Positions 52,938 to 64,000 of a stretch of DNA of 64,000 nucleotides are shown piece by piece. Numbering within the stretch: position 1 is the stretch's first letter; each line of letters opens with the position of its first letter. The notes below the pieces were generated by a model that was given only the letters and a program-made list of their open reading frames with translations, was not told where the DNA came from and searched no databases. A program made the position numbers and the translations under genes. Origin of the DNA: an uncultured delta proteobacterium (GTDB lineage Bacteria; Desulfobacterota; Desulfomonilia; UBA1062); assembly GCA_963785235.1 (NCBI GenBank), contig CAWAUM010000010.1, positions 96,001-160,000 on the forward strand, given 5' to 3'.

Positions 52938-53366
52938 ATGAAGCTATCCGGCAAAATTGTAGCGTTAATTGTTTTGGTTGTGTTTCTTGCTGCCCCTGCC
53001 TTTGCCGCACAAGATGCAAAGAAGACAGTGACTACCGCATCCGGTCTCAAATATGTCGATGTCGTTATTGGCAAGGGTGCCTCACCAACTACCGGTAAGC
53101 AGGTCAAGGTACATTACACCGGGACACTTGAAAACGGTAAAAAGTTTGACAGTTCTGTTGACCGCAAAGAGCCGTTCTCGTTCGTAATCGGTATCGGCCA
53201 GGTTATCCCAGGATGGGATGAGGGTGTCATGTCTATGAAAGTCGGCGGCAAGCGCAAGCTGATTATCCCTCCCAATCTCGGCTATGGCGCACAGGGAGCA
53301 GGCGGAGTTATTCCCCCGAATGCCACCCTGCTGTTTGATGTTGAACTGCTCGACGTCGCAAAGTAA
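52938..53366 (+). CDS. FKBP-type peptidyl-prolyl cis-trans isomerase
   Basis: VHYTGTL, KFDSS, QVIPGWDEG, IPPNATLLFDVELL. Confidence 0.95.
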   Translation: MKLSGKIVALIVLVVFLAAPAFAAQDAKKTVTTASGLKYVDVVIGKGASPTTGKQVKVHYTGTLENGKKFDSSVDRKEPFSFVIGIGQVIPGWDEGVMSMKVGGKRKLIIPPNLGYGAQGAGGVIPPNATLLFDVELLDVAK

Positions 53367-53443
53367 TCACTGCTCATATCGCGTTACTATCTGATAGTCT
53401 GCAGGCTCGGGCGGCTTTTTTCAAGACTTTTTGGAGTTGGTCA

Positions 53444-53914
53444 ATGACGAATCTGATCTCTGCTGAAGGCTTGATAAAACTGCAAAATGAATATAACCAC
53501 CTCTGGAAAGTGGAACGCCCTAAGGTTGTGCAGGGGGTTGCTGACGCCGCTGCTGAGGGTGACCGTTCGGAGAATGCAGAATACATCTATGGTAAAAAGA
53601 GGCTGCACGAGATTGACCGCAAATTGAGACACCTGGGTTCTCGCCTCAAGGTGCTGAAAGTGGCCGTTCCTCCTTCAAAACCAACAATGGTTTCATTCGG
53701 ATGTTGGGTCACGTACACAGAGGAGACAGGAGATGAACGCTGTTATCAACTGGTCGGCCCTGAGGAGATAGATGTCAGCATCGGCAGGATCAGTATCGAT
53801 TCACCTATTGGCCAGGCGCTGTTGCACAAAAAGCTTGATGATGAAGTAATTTTTCATAAGCCTAACGGCAAGATAACGGTTTATATTACCGGGATATACT
53901 CTACCAGGCCGTAA
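53444..53914 (+). CDS. greB: Transcription elongation factor GreB
   Basis: GDRSENAEYIYGKKRLHEIDR, ISIDSPIG. Confidence 0.9.
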   Translation: MTNLISAEGLIKLQNEYNHLWKVERPKVVQGVADAAAEGDRSENAEYIYGKKRLHEIDRKLRHLGSRLKVLKVAVPPSKPTMVSFGCWVTYTEETGDERCYQLVGPEEIDVSIGRISIDSPIGQALLHKKLDDEVIFHKPNGKITVYITGIYSTRP

Positions 53915-53994
53915 TTGTTCATCTCCTCATGACGTTTATTGAGGGAGACTATCACCTTTGTTCGGGCAGGCTTTCGAAATAAACAGGGTATGTC

Positions 53995-54255
53995 TTAGAC
54001 CCAATATGCCTTTACTCCCTTGGCAATCATTTCATTAAAAATCCCCTGGGCCTCAAGCCTTTCATAGATCTTTCCCGGGTCACTCAATGTCAGATAATGA
54101 TCGCAGTCCTCGTTGGGGCAGCCTGCCCTTACCCATTTGAATACCCTTGCTGCCCTGTGCACGGAGGGGCGTATGTCCGACCAGAAGATATCGCTCTTGC
54201 ATTTCTCGCACTTGAAGTAATAAACAGCGTTTTCATTTTCTTTGCATTTCTTCAT
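53995..54255 (-). CDS. Small Cys-rich hypothetical protein
   Basis: CEKC and CPNEDC motifs. Confidence 0.55.
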   Translation of the reverse strand: MKKCKENENAVYYFKCEKCKSDIFWSDIRPSVHRAARVFKWVRAGCPNEDCDHYLTLSDPGKIYERLEAQGIFNEMIAKGVKAYWV

Positions 54256-54370
54256 TCGAACTCATCAAAACCTCCATATGCCAACTTATTGAAAACTATA
54301 CTACCATCATAATCACGACATCAGCTCGGTCAATAGCTTTGCTGATAAAGATCCAATCACAAGTCTGAGG

Positions 54371-54811
54371 TTAAGATGTTTGTCTTTCTGATTCTTGCTT
54401 TTCAAACTCTGCCCCGCACTTCCTGCACTTGGCTATGTCAGGGTAGTTGAGGCTTCCACAGTCCGAGCAGACATAGATGGTTCCGGTGCCGCTGCCGGAA
54501 ATGGTCCCGGTATAGGGAAGACCGTTAGCGGCCTTCAGGAGTCTGATGATCTCGGACAGGGCGCCAAAGATGACAAAGAGGATGAGGCCGGCCATTAAAA
54601 TGGCTATGCCGACTGCCAGCAGGGAGAGCTTGCCAATGGCAAGGCCCGCGATGATGCACGCCAGGACACCGACAATGCCGGACACAAGGCACAGGCGGGA
54701 TAACACGCTCAAGCCGGCCTCTTTGCCCTGTATGTCTTTATATTCCTGCCGGAGGATCCTGGCCTTTGGGACAGGGGCTTCATTGGAAACGGTATTATCT
54801 TCAGGACTCAT
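54371..54811 (-). CDS. Hypothetical membrane protein with C-terminal zinc ribbon
   Basis: Two TM helices followed by CSDC...CRKC. Confidence 0.65.
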   Translation of the reverse strand: MSPEDNTVSNEAPVPKARILRQEYKDIQGKEAGLSVLSRLCLVSGIVGVLACIIAGLAIGKLSLLAVGIAILMAGLILFVIFGALSEIIRLLKAANGLPYTGTISGSGTGTIYVCSDCGSLNYPDIAKCRKCGAEFEKQESERQTS

Positions 54812-54856
54812 ATTTCTCACCTCTTAGGACTGTCCGCAGTACGTTAAAGACAGATG

Positions 54857-56138
54857 CTACTCCCGCTCATCCACCACCATGGAGCTGCCTTTGAATGCCG
54901 AAGAAGGGACGATCCTCACGCCTATACGCACGCTGGTGCCCGTATGGAGCGCCTTTTCGAGATTCTCCATAAAGGCCTTCTGCGCCCTCATTTCATCGAA
55001 GAACAGCTTCTCTCCCACCTCAAGCAGGACATCGGCCCGCTCAAAAGGGCCTTCCCGGTATATGCGGACCTGGCTCCTGGTCTCCACCCCTTCGGCCTTG
55101 AGGATCTGGAGGATCCGCCCGGGAGATACGCTGACACCCTTGATCTTGATGGTGTCATCCAGCCTGCCGTAAAAGTCCTCGAGCCTCATATGGGTTCTGC
55201 CGCAGGGGCACACCCCTTGTTTTATCATGGTGATGTCGCCGGTGCGGTAGCGGATCAGGGGGAAGGCCTCGCGCATGAGGGTTGTTATCACGAGCTCGCC
55301 TTTTTTGTCCGGGCCCAGCACCTCGCCGGTATCCGGGTCTACGACCTCGGCAATGAAGAAGTCCTCATACACGTGCATGCCCGTCATGCGCGCTGCACTC
55401 ACCTGCTATGCCCGGCCCCATGACCACGCTGGACCCATAGCTGTTGAACACCTCCACGCCAAGGCCCTGCTCGATCTTGGCCCTCACCGCCGGGCTCAAC
55501 CGGTCAGCGCCCAGGATGGCCCGCCTGAGGCGGAGTGTCTTGGGGTTGATGTTCATCTGGTTGATCCTGTCCAGCAGGATAAGCGCATAACCCGGGGTAC
55601 AGGCTATGACGGTGGTGAGATAGTCGTGCATGATCATGACCTGCTCTGCGGTATTGCCGATGTCGGCGGGGATGACGGATGCGCCGATAAGCTCGGCTGC
55701 GGCGTGGAAGCCGAACCCGCCGGTCATGAGGCCGTAGCGGAAGGCGATCTGGATCACGTCGTCCTTTGAGATGCCCGCCCCCACCAGGAACCTGGCCATG
55801 AGCCTGGCCCATGCCCTCAGGTCGCCTGCCGTATAGCCGGTGACGATGGGCTTGCGCGCCTGGCCGGAAGAGGTATGGATGCGCACTACCTCGCGCAGCG
55901 GCACGGCGAACATATCATAGGGATAGCCCTTCTCGATATCGGCCCTGGTGGTAAAGGGCAGGTTCTTGATGTCGGAAAGCGACTTCACGGCATCAGGCAG
56001 GATGCCTGCAGCATCAAGGGCCCTGCGGTAGTGGGCGACATTCAGATATGCCCTGTTCAGCGTGGACTGGAGTCGTTCGAGCTGAAAGACCTCCAGCTCG
56101 CTGCGCGGCATAGTCTCGTAGAGCGTTTCATGCATCAT
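54857..56138 (-). CDS. Phenylacetate--CoA ligase-like protein (divergent paralogue); apparent frameshift near 55400
   Basis: [32 protein letters not shown]; collinear with PaaK at 60999..62301. Confidence 0.8.
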
Positions 56139-56900
56139 ACTATCTCCCCTCCCAGATAGGCTTCCAAGACCCTGGGGTCTTTCCGGATCTCGCCCGGAAG
56201 CACCCGAGCAGAGCACCCGGCCTTCAGTCATGACCACAATGCGGTCGCAGATGTCCATGATGAGGTTCATGTCATGCTCGATGATTACAACAGTCAGGTC
56301 CAGCTCACCTTTAAGCCTCACGATGAGCTCGGAGATTTCCTGGGTCTCCTTGGGGTTCATGCCGGCCGCAGGTTCATCCAGGAATATGATGGCGGGCCTG
56401 GCGGCCAGGGCCCTGGCAATCTCCACCCTGCGCTGATTGCCGTAGGACAGGCTCACTGCGGCTTCATGGGCCAGATCCGCTATGCCGAGCCGGTCAAGCA
56501 GTGCGAGCGATTCTTCCATGAGCGTCTTCTCTTCTTTCCGCTTTCCCCATGTGCAGAGCATGCTGCGCCAGTAGCCTGCCTTGAGTGTGCTGTGCCCCCC
56601 CACCATGACATTTTCCAGCACGCTCATGTCACGGAATATCTCAAGGTTCTGAAAGGTCCTGGCCATGCCGAGCCTGACCCTGCGGTGAGGCATGAGCCTT
56701 GTGATGGCATGGCCGCTGAACTCTATGCGCCCGGTATCCGCATCAAACAGCCCGGTGAGCACGTTGAACAGGGTGGTCTTGCCCGCCCCGTTGGGACCGA
56801 TGACACCGAGGATCTCGCCCTTGACCACATCAATGGACACATCGCTCAAGGCATGGATGCCCATGAAGCTCTTGGAGAGCGAGACCGCCTTGAGGATCAT
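56135..56900 (-). CDS. livG: ABC ATP-binding protein (LivG-like); apparent frameshift near 56200
   Basis: GPNGAGKTT, LSYG, LDEPAAG, IEHDM. Confidence 0.85.
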
Positions 56901-57627
56901 TCCCATACCTCCTGGTAGCCCTTGCCGAGGTATGCCCTCTGGATCTCATTGCTCTGGCCCAGTTCGTCGGATTGACCTTCCATGACGATACGGCCGGTCT
57001 CAATGACATATCCGCGGTGAGCCAGGTTCAGTGCCAGCCTGGCGTTCTGCTCCACAAGCAGGATGCTCATGCCTTCCTTGGTGTTCAAATGCCTGATCTG
57101 TTCATAGATCTGGCTCGTGACAATGGGGGCGAGCCCCATGGAAGGCTCATCCAGGAGCAGCACCTTGGGCCTGGCCATGAGCGCCCTGGCAATGGCCAGC
57201 ATCTGCTGTTCGCCGCCCGAGAGTGTCCCTGCGAGCTGGCCTTCTCCTCTGCCCGAGGATGGGGAACAGGCGTTCCATATCCTCGATGTCGCTTTTTATC
57301 TTTGCCTTGTCCCTGCGGGTGTATGCGCCCAGCATCATGTTGTCCCGCACGCTCAGGCCCCTGAAAAGCCTCCTGCCCTCGGGCACATGCCCGATACCGT
57401 TTTTCAGGATGCGCTCCGGGCTCAACGATGTGATCTGCTCCCCTTCGAGGAGGATATCGCCGGATTGCTGCCTTCACGATCCCTGAAACGGCCCGCAGGA
57501 TGGTGCTCTTGCCCGCGCCGTTGCCGCCTATGAGCGCCACGATCTCACCTGGCATCACATGCAGCGACACGCCCTTTACCGCGTGGATGTGTCCATAGTA
57601 GGTGTGCAGGTTCCTGAGCTGGAGCAC
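56897..57627 (-). CDS. livF: ABC ATP-binding protein (LivF-like); apparent frameshifts
   Basis: GGNGAGKST, VPEGRR, LDEPSMGL, VEQN. Confidence 0.85.
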
Positions 57628-58493
57628 TATTTCTTCCTCCCGAACATCTCGGTGATCTTGACCCTGCCCATGATGCCCTGGGGCCTGAAGACCATCATGA
57701 CCACGAGCAGCGCCCCGTAGAAGATGTCCTGGTAATCGGCCAGGGGCCTAAGATTTCAGGCAGCAGAATAAGCAGCGTAGCCCCCAGAAGCGATCCGGTG
57801 ATGCTCCCGATGCCGCCCAGGACCACCATGGAAAGGATCATGATGGAGGTATGCATGCCGAACGTCTGCGGGTTTATATAGGCCGTGTAATGGGCATACA
57901 GGCTTCCTGCAAGGCCCGCCCAGAAGGAGCTGGTGATGAAGGCCAGCGCCTTGTAATAAGAGATATTGATGCCCATGAACATGGCCACGACATCGTTATC
58001 CCGGATGGCGGCCCAGGCCCTGCCGATCTTGGACTGTTTGAGCGTGTAATGCTGACAGGATCATCACAACAAGGATAGCCGTTGTAAGGCCCAGGAACGC
58101 CGACTTGGAGTAGACCGGCTTGCCCCACAAGGTCACCGGCGGTATCCCCACCAGGCCGTCGGGCCCGCCGGTGATATCGAGGTTCATGAAGACCAGGCTG
58201 ATGATGATGCCGAACCCGAGGGTGACAATGGCCAGGTAGTCGTCCTTTACCCGCAGCGCAGGCAGGGCAAGGCAAAGACCCAGAACGGAAGTAATGATGC
58301 CTGCGAGAAAAAACGCGCTCACAAAGCCGAGCCCCTTTATCATGAGAAGGCCGCTTACATATGCGCCGATGCCGAAGAATGCCGCATGCCCCAGCGACAC
58401 AAGCCCGGCAAAGCCTACGATGATATTCAGGCTCAAGGCCAGGATCGCGTAGATGGCCACCATGATGAGCACATGAAGGATGTAGATGCTCAT
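57627..58493 (-). CDS. livM: ABC permease (LivM-like); apparent frameshifts
   Basis: GLVSLGHAAFFGIGAY, DYLAIVTLGF, SMVVLGGIGS. Confidence 0.8.
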
Positions 58494-59351
58494 TTGCGCG
58501 ACCCCATGATGCCCCGCGGCCGGATGATGAGCACGAGCACGAGCGCGATAAAGGCAAAGGCATCCTTGAAGTTCGACGAGATGTATGCAGCCCCGAGGTT
58601 CTCGGCAATGCCCAGCACGAGGCCGCCGATGATGGCCCCGGGGATGGACCCGACCCCGCCCAGGATCGCCGCGGAAAAGGCCTTCAGCCCGGGCAGCAGC
58701 CCCATGCTGGGCGAGGTGGCATTGTAGTAGACCGCCATGAGGATGCCCGCCACCCCGCTCAAGGCCGAGCCGAGGAGAAAGGTGATCACATAGGCACTGT
58801 TCACATTGATGCCGGAAAGCCTTGCCGCATCGCTGTCCATGGCAACGGCCATGATGGCCTTGCCGTGTTTGGTCATGTTGACGAAGAGCGACAGCATCAC
58901 CATGAGACCGAAGGAGACGCCCGATGATGATGAGCTGCAGATCCGGTAATCTCGGCAGCGCCGAAAATGGTGTAGCTTGCCGGATTGAATTCATGGGGAA
59001 AGGACCGGTCATCGGGACCGAAGAGGAGCCGGGCCAGCGAGCTCAAAATATGGATGCGCCGATGGCGCTGATGAGCGGTATCAGGGGGTGCATGCCGCGC
59101 AGCGGCCTGAACGCGATCCGCTCCAGGAGAAACCCCACCAGGCATGCCGTGCCGATGCCCGCCAGCATCGCCAGGCCCAGGTCTCCGGTTGCAGCAAGAG
59201 TGAGTACGGCGCCGAAGGCGCCGAACATGTAGATCTCACCCTGGGCAAAATTGATGATGCCCAGGATGCCGAAAATCATGGTGTAGCCCAGGGCGACCAG
59301 CGCATACACGCTGCCCGCCACAAGGCCGTTTACAAGCTGCTGAATCAGCAC
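58490..59351 (-). CDS. livH: ABC permease (LivH-like); apparent frameshifts
   Basis: QQLVNGL...INFAQGE, KAFSAAILGGVGSIPG. Confidence 0.85.
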
Positions 59352-59352
59352 A

Positions 59353-60478
59353 TTACTGGACCTTTACGTATTTCCCGTTCACCACCTTGAAGAGATACAC
59401 GCCCTGCTTGACCACATCGCCGTTCTTGTCGAAGCTGAGCTTTCCGGTAACGCCGTCAAAGTCCTTCACGCGTGTCCAGATAGCCCTTGATGCCGTCAGG
59501 GTATTGCCCTTTCTCGGCAATGGCCTTGGCCACCATCCTGGTCATGTCATAGGTGATGGCGGCAAACATGATGTTGTTGGTCTCTTGGCGGTTGGCCTTT
59601 ACGATCTTGTAGTATTCGGCCTTGAACTTCTTGTTGGTAGGGGTGTTGTAGTCCTCGTTGTATTCGCTGGCATTCACATGGCCTTCTGCAGCCTTGCCTG
59701 CGAGCTCGATATATTTGGGGGCCATGTCGCCGTACACGCCCATGGAAACGGCATTGATGCCCATCTTGCGGGCCTGGGAAATGGCAGGCGCGGTCTCCTG
59801 GAGATAGCCGGGGATGAAGATGAGGTCAAACTGGTTCTGCTTGATCTTGGTGAGCTGGGCGGAAAAATCGCGGTCGCCGACCATGAAGCTCTCGGCAATG
59901 ACAACAGGGATGCCCAGATCGCCGAAGAACTTGGTGAACAGATCGTTGCAGCCCTTGCCGTAGGGCTCATTGCTGTACAGGATGGCAACCTTTGTTGTCT
60001 TCATGTACGTCTTTGGCATATTTGGTCAAGGCCTCGGCCTGCTTGTCGATCCTGGTGCAGCCGCGGTAGAATATCGCCCGCATCGGAGATCTTCGGCGAT
60101 GTGCCGTTGGGCGTGATGACAACGATCTTGTCTCGCTGCGGCAATGGGCGCCACGGCCAGGACCTCGCCGCTCATCATGGGGCCGATGACCACCTGGACC
60201 TTGTCCATGGAGATGAGCTTCTGGAATGCGCTCACCGAGGCCTGGGGGGAATCCTTGCTGTCTTCATAGATGACTATCAGGGGCTTGCCCTTGATGCCGC
60301 CTGCAGCATTGATCTCTTTGACGGCGATCTCGATGCCGCGCTTTGCCGGTAGGCCGTCGGATGCGCCGATGGAAAGCCGCAGGATGGCCCCGATCTTGAT
60401 GTCCTCTGCCTCTGCCTCAGAGATACCCATGCACAGAACACACATGCACAATGCCCACACCAACAAAAACTTCTTCAT
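59353..60478 (-). CDS. Branched-chain amino acid-type ABC substrate-binding protein; apparent frameshifts
   Basis: Signal peptide, EINAAGGIKGK, DFSAQLTKIK, GVTGKLSFD. Confidence 0.8.
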
Positions 60479-60552
60479 CTTCTTCCTCCTTCTTTTAACT
60501 AGCAAAGTTATCCGTAAGAACCCAATAAATAATTCATGGGTGTTCTTATGTA

Positions 60553-60984
60553 TTAAAGGTTGTAGACCTGCTCGCCCTTCAACACGGTGAACCCTGCCTT
60601 CAGCAGGGCCTCGATGGCCTGGTCGATGTTGTCGAACCGGAAGATGATTACCGCATTCTCGCCGCTGCGCTCGACAAAGGCATACATGTATTCAACATTG
60701 ATGCCCTCCCTGGTGAGAAGGTCGAGGATGCTGTGAAGCCCGCCCGGCTTGTCCGGCACCTCTACGGCGATCACATGGGTCCGGCCCACGGCGAAACCGT
60801 TCTCGTTGAGCACCTTCTTGGCCTTGTTCACATCGTCCACGATGAGCCTCAAGATCCCGAAGTCGCTCGTGTCCGCCAGGGAGAGCGCCCGGATATTGAT
60901 GCCCGCGTCCTTGAGCACCTTCGTTACGCCCGAGAGCCCGCCGGGTTTATTCTCCAAAAAGATCGATATCTGTTCCACCTTCAT
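60553..60984 (-). CDS. ACT domain-containing protein (tandem ACT)
   Basis: [38 protein letters not shown]. Confidence 0.9.
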   Translation of the reverse strand: MKVEQISIFLENKPGGLSGVTKVLKDAGINIRALSLADTSDFGILRLIVDDVNKAKKVLNENGFAVGRTHVIAVEVPDKPGGLHSILDLLTREGINVEYMYAFVERSGENAVIIFRFDNIDQAIEALLKAGFTVLKGEQVYNL

Positions 60985-60998
60985 GACGAGACCTCCCC

Positions 60999-62301
60999 TT
61001 ACATGGTTCTCTTGTCAATCACCCGCTGGGCCTTGCCTTCGAACCGCTGCAGAGATTTCGGCTCCACAAGCTTTACCTTGGCCGAGATACCGATATAATC
61101 CTTGATGTCCTTCGCGATGCGCCGCTCAAGATTCTGCAGCTGCCTTATCTCATCCGAAAAGATCTTTTCGCTCACCTCAACCTGGATCTCCAGGGTGTCC
61201 AGCGACCCTTCCCTGTCCAGGATGAGCTGATAGTGAGGCTCCAGACCTTCTATCTCCATGATTACACTCTCGATCTGGGACGGGAAAACATTCACCCCCC
61301 GGATGATGAACATGTCGTCGCTCCGGCCCGATACCCGCTCCATGCGCACAAAGGTCCTTCCGCAGCGGCATACCTCGGGCATGAGCCTTGAGATGTCCTT
61401 GGTCCGGTACCTGATTAACGGGAAGGCCTCTTTGGTAAGCGTGGTGAACACGATCTCGCCTTTCTGGCCATAGGGAAGGACCTCACCGGTTGACGGGTCG
61501 ATGACCTCCACAATGAAGTTATCCTCAAAGATATGCAGACCGTTGCGGCCTTCGATACACTCCATGGCAACGCCCGGACCCATGATCTCGGACAGGCCGT
61601 AGATGTCGAGCGCCGTGATGTCGAGCCTGCCCTCTATCTCGCCGCGCATGCGCTCGCTCCAGGGCTCTGCGCCAAGGACCCCCACCCGGAGCCGCAGCGA
61701 CTTCATGTCCACGCCCATCTCCTCGCCGGTCTCGGCAAGGAACAGAAGGTACGATGGCGTGCAGCATATGGCAGTGGGGCCGAAGTCCTGCAGGATCATG
61801 ATCTGCTTCTTGGTGTTGCCGCCCGACATGGGAATGACGCTGGCGCCTAGCTTCTCGGCGCCGTAGTGCGCCCCAAGGCCGCCGGTGAACAGTCCGTAGC
61901 CATAGGCATTATGGATGATGTCGTTTTTCGTGAGACCTGCCGCTGCAAAGGAACGGGCCATGAGCTCGGCCCAGGTCTCGATGTCGCGCTTGGTGTAGGC
62001 GACGACAGTAGGCTTTCCCGTGGTGCCGGATGAGGCATGCAGCCTCACGATGTTGGTCATGGGCACGCTGAAGAGCCCGAAGGGATAGTTATCGCGCAGG
62101 TCCTGCTTATTGGAGAACGGCAGGCGGTTCAGGTCGGTCGAGGGTCCTGATGTCTTCCGGGGTGACGCCCGCCTCATCGAACTTCCTGCGGTAAAATCCC
62201 ACGGTGTGGTAGACGCGCTCCACCACGTTCTTGAGGCGTTTCAACTGCAAAGAGTCCAGCACCTCCCGGGGCAATGTCTCGAATTCCTCATTGTAGATCA
62301 T
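60999..62301 (-). CDS. paaK: Phenylacetate--CoA ligase; apparent frameshift near 62140
   Basis: [48 protein letters not shown]. Confidence 0.9.
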
Positions 62302-62330
62302 TCCTTAAAACCTCCTGGTAAGAAGATAAT

Positions 62331-62901
62331 TCACTGGACTTTCAATAGCCTTCCCTGCTTGAAGCCTTCTATATTCTTAAGCCTGATCTTCTCGGGGAGC
62401 ATATCGGTCAGGGTTTCTATCCAGAGCGACTCAGCAGGCTCGAGTAACGTTGAAAGCACACCCAGCAGGATAACGTTCACACCTCTGGCGTTGCCCAGCT
62501 CAGCCGCCAGGGCGCTGCCTTCAACGATACGGATATCACGAGCCTTTTCTTTCAGGATCGGGGTGATGTCCGGATATGGCTCCTTTCCAACAATGACCGT
62601 AGGCGGAGAGAGCCGGAACCTGTTGATGATCACGGTGGTATCAGATTTGATATACGGTCATATATCGTGCTGTCTCCAGCTCCTCAAATGACAGCAGGAT
62701 GTCGCAGCTGCCATAGGGGATAAGGGGCGATGCAACATGCTTGGCAAATCGCACATGAGACATGACGCTCCCGCCTCGCTGGGCCATGCCGTGTATCTCG
62801 GACTTCTTCACATCCAGGCCATGGCGCATCATCACTTCGGTCAGTACATCAGAGGCAAGGATGATGCCCTGTCCTCCGACTCCGGTCATGAGCACATTCA
62901 T
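62331..62901 (-). CDS. iorB: Indolepyruvate:ferredoxin oxidoreductase beta subunit; apparent frameshift near 62650
   Basis: GVGGQG, SEIHGMAQRGGSV, NVILLG. Confidence 0.9.
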
Positions 62902-64000
62902 TTTCCACCTCCGATGGCACTTACGCTGCAGAGGTCTGCGCATACATTACAACCCACACAAGCCTCGTTAATATGCGCCTTCTCGTCTTTGAATTCAAGA
63001 GCCGGACAACCCAGCGTAATGCACACCTTGCAGCCCGTGCACTTGCCGGCATCCACGTATAAAGGTATGCCCGGAACCCCCTTTGCCTTGAGCAGGACAC
63101 ACGGGGCCTTTGAGATGATGACCGAGGGACCGCTCGGAGGCCAGGGCCTCTTTTACGGTCTGCCTCGCCCCTTTGACATCGTAGGGGTTGATGGTCTTTA
63201 CCCACTCGATACCGAGCGCCTTCACCAGGCCTTCAAGGTCTATCGTGGTGTTTTTCTGCCCCTCAATGGTGACGCCTGTACCCGGGTGGTTCTGTGCCCC
63301 GGTCATGGCCGTGGTCCGGTTGTCCAGGATCACGATCAATGCCGCGCCCCGGTTATACGCGAGGTTTAATAGACCCGTGATGCCGGAATGGTAGAAGGTG
63401 GAATCGCCTATGACCGCAGTGAGCTTTTCCTTGCCCGGTCCGAACACCTTTGACATGCCGTGGGCGTGGTTGATGCCTGCGCCCATGCACAGGCACGTGT
63501 CAATGGCATCCAGCGGCGGTAAAAAGCCCAGGGTGTAGCAGCCGATATCACCGGCGATGAATGTTTTATTCCGCCGCAGTGCCCATAACATGCTGCGGTG
63601 AGGGCAACCCGGGCACATGGAAGGCGGCCTTCCGGGCAGCGCTGGTTGGGCGGGCTTCACCACAGGCTCGCCTGAGATGGCGGCCTTGATGATGTCCGGG
63701 TTCAGCTCCCCGCACATGGATATACGGTCTTTGCCATGACAGGAAAGACCTAAGGCCTTTACCTGATCTTCCATAAAAGGATCCAGCTCTTCCACGACCC
63801 ACAACTCTTTCACCTTGGAAGCGAAATCCTTAACCATCTCATCCGGGAAGGGGTACGGCATGCCGAGCTTCAGATAGGAGGCCTTGGGGAAGGCCTCTTT
63901 TGCATATTGATACGCCACCCCTGATGAGATGATTCCCAGCCCTGTGTCGGCAATCTCCATACGGTTCATGTCAGAGGTGTTGGACAGTTTCTTCAGGGCA
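62898..64000 (-). CDS. iorA: Indolepyruvate:ferredoxin oxidoreductase alpha subunit (3' part; starts beyond the window); apparent frameshifts
   Basis: RPPSMCPGCPHR, GDIGCY, IGDSTF, LDNRTTAMTG, C-terminal ferredoxin Cys motifs. Confidence 0.9.

Noticed and set aside
55365-56906. Apparent 513-aa fusion of an ABC ATPase with a phenylacetate-CoA ligase
   Set aside because: A frameshift near 56200 joins the two frames. The normal LivG end (VLEAYLGGEIV*) and an overlapping ATG for the ligase are present in the other frame.

Overview
A 64 kb bacterial chromosomal window whose gene content suggests an anaerobic Desulfobacterota-like organism (inference). Many GC-rich genes are broken by single-base indels that look like long-read sequencing errors. 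From left to right: a partial clostripain-type lipoprotein peptidase; a Liv-type ABC transporter with two paralogous binding proteins and a long-chain acyl-CoA ligase; a PKD/RCC1 lipoprotein; a 12-PAS hybrid histidine kinase; recC-recB-recD; an accessory patchwork of unrelated small genes (about 26.3-43.1 kb); hcp; an RND efflux operon; FKBP and greB; and an iorAB-paaK-ACT-liv-paaK2 cluster. No rRNA, tRNA, CRISPR array, integrase or transposase was recognised. The most notable observations are five. (1) A family of degenerate AAAGGGG(A/T)CAG...TTT palindromic motifs marks about ten gene junctions of the accessory patchwork, two of them with end-stutter duplications, suggesting a repeat-guided gene-capture array. 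(2) Two different REP-like palindromes are inserted in the coding sequences of RecC and RecB. (3) An unannotated selenoprotein has an in-frame UGA and a SECIS-like hairpin. (4) A BrnT toxin is internally deleted beside its intact antitoxin. (5) A PaaK paralogue has degenerate catalytic motifs, and an alpha/beta-hydrolase is fused to a PilZ domain.
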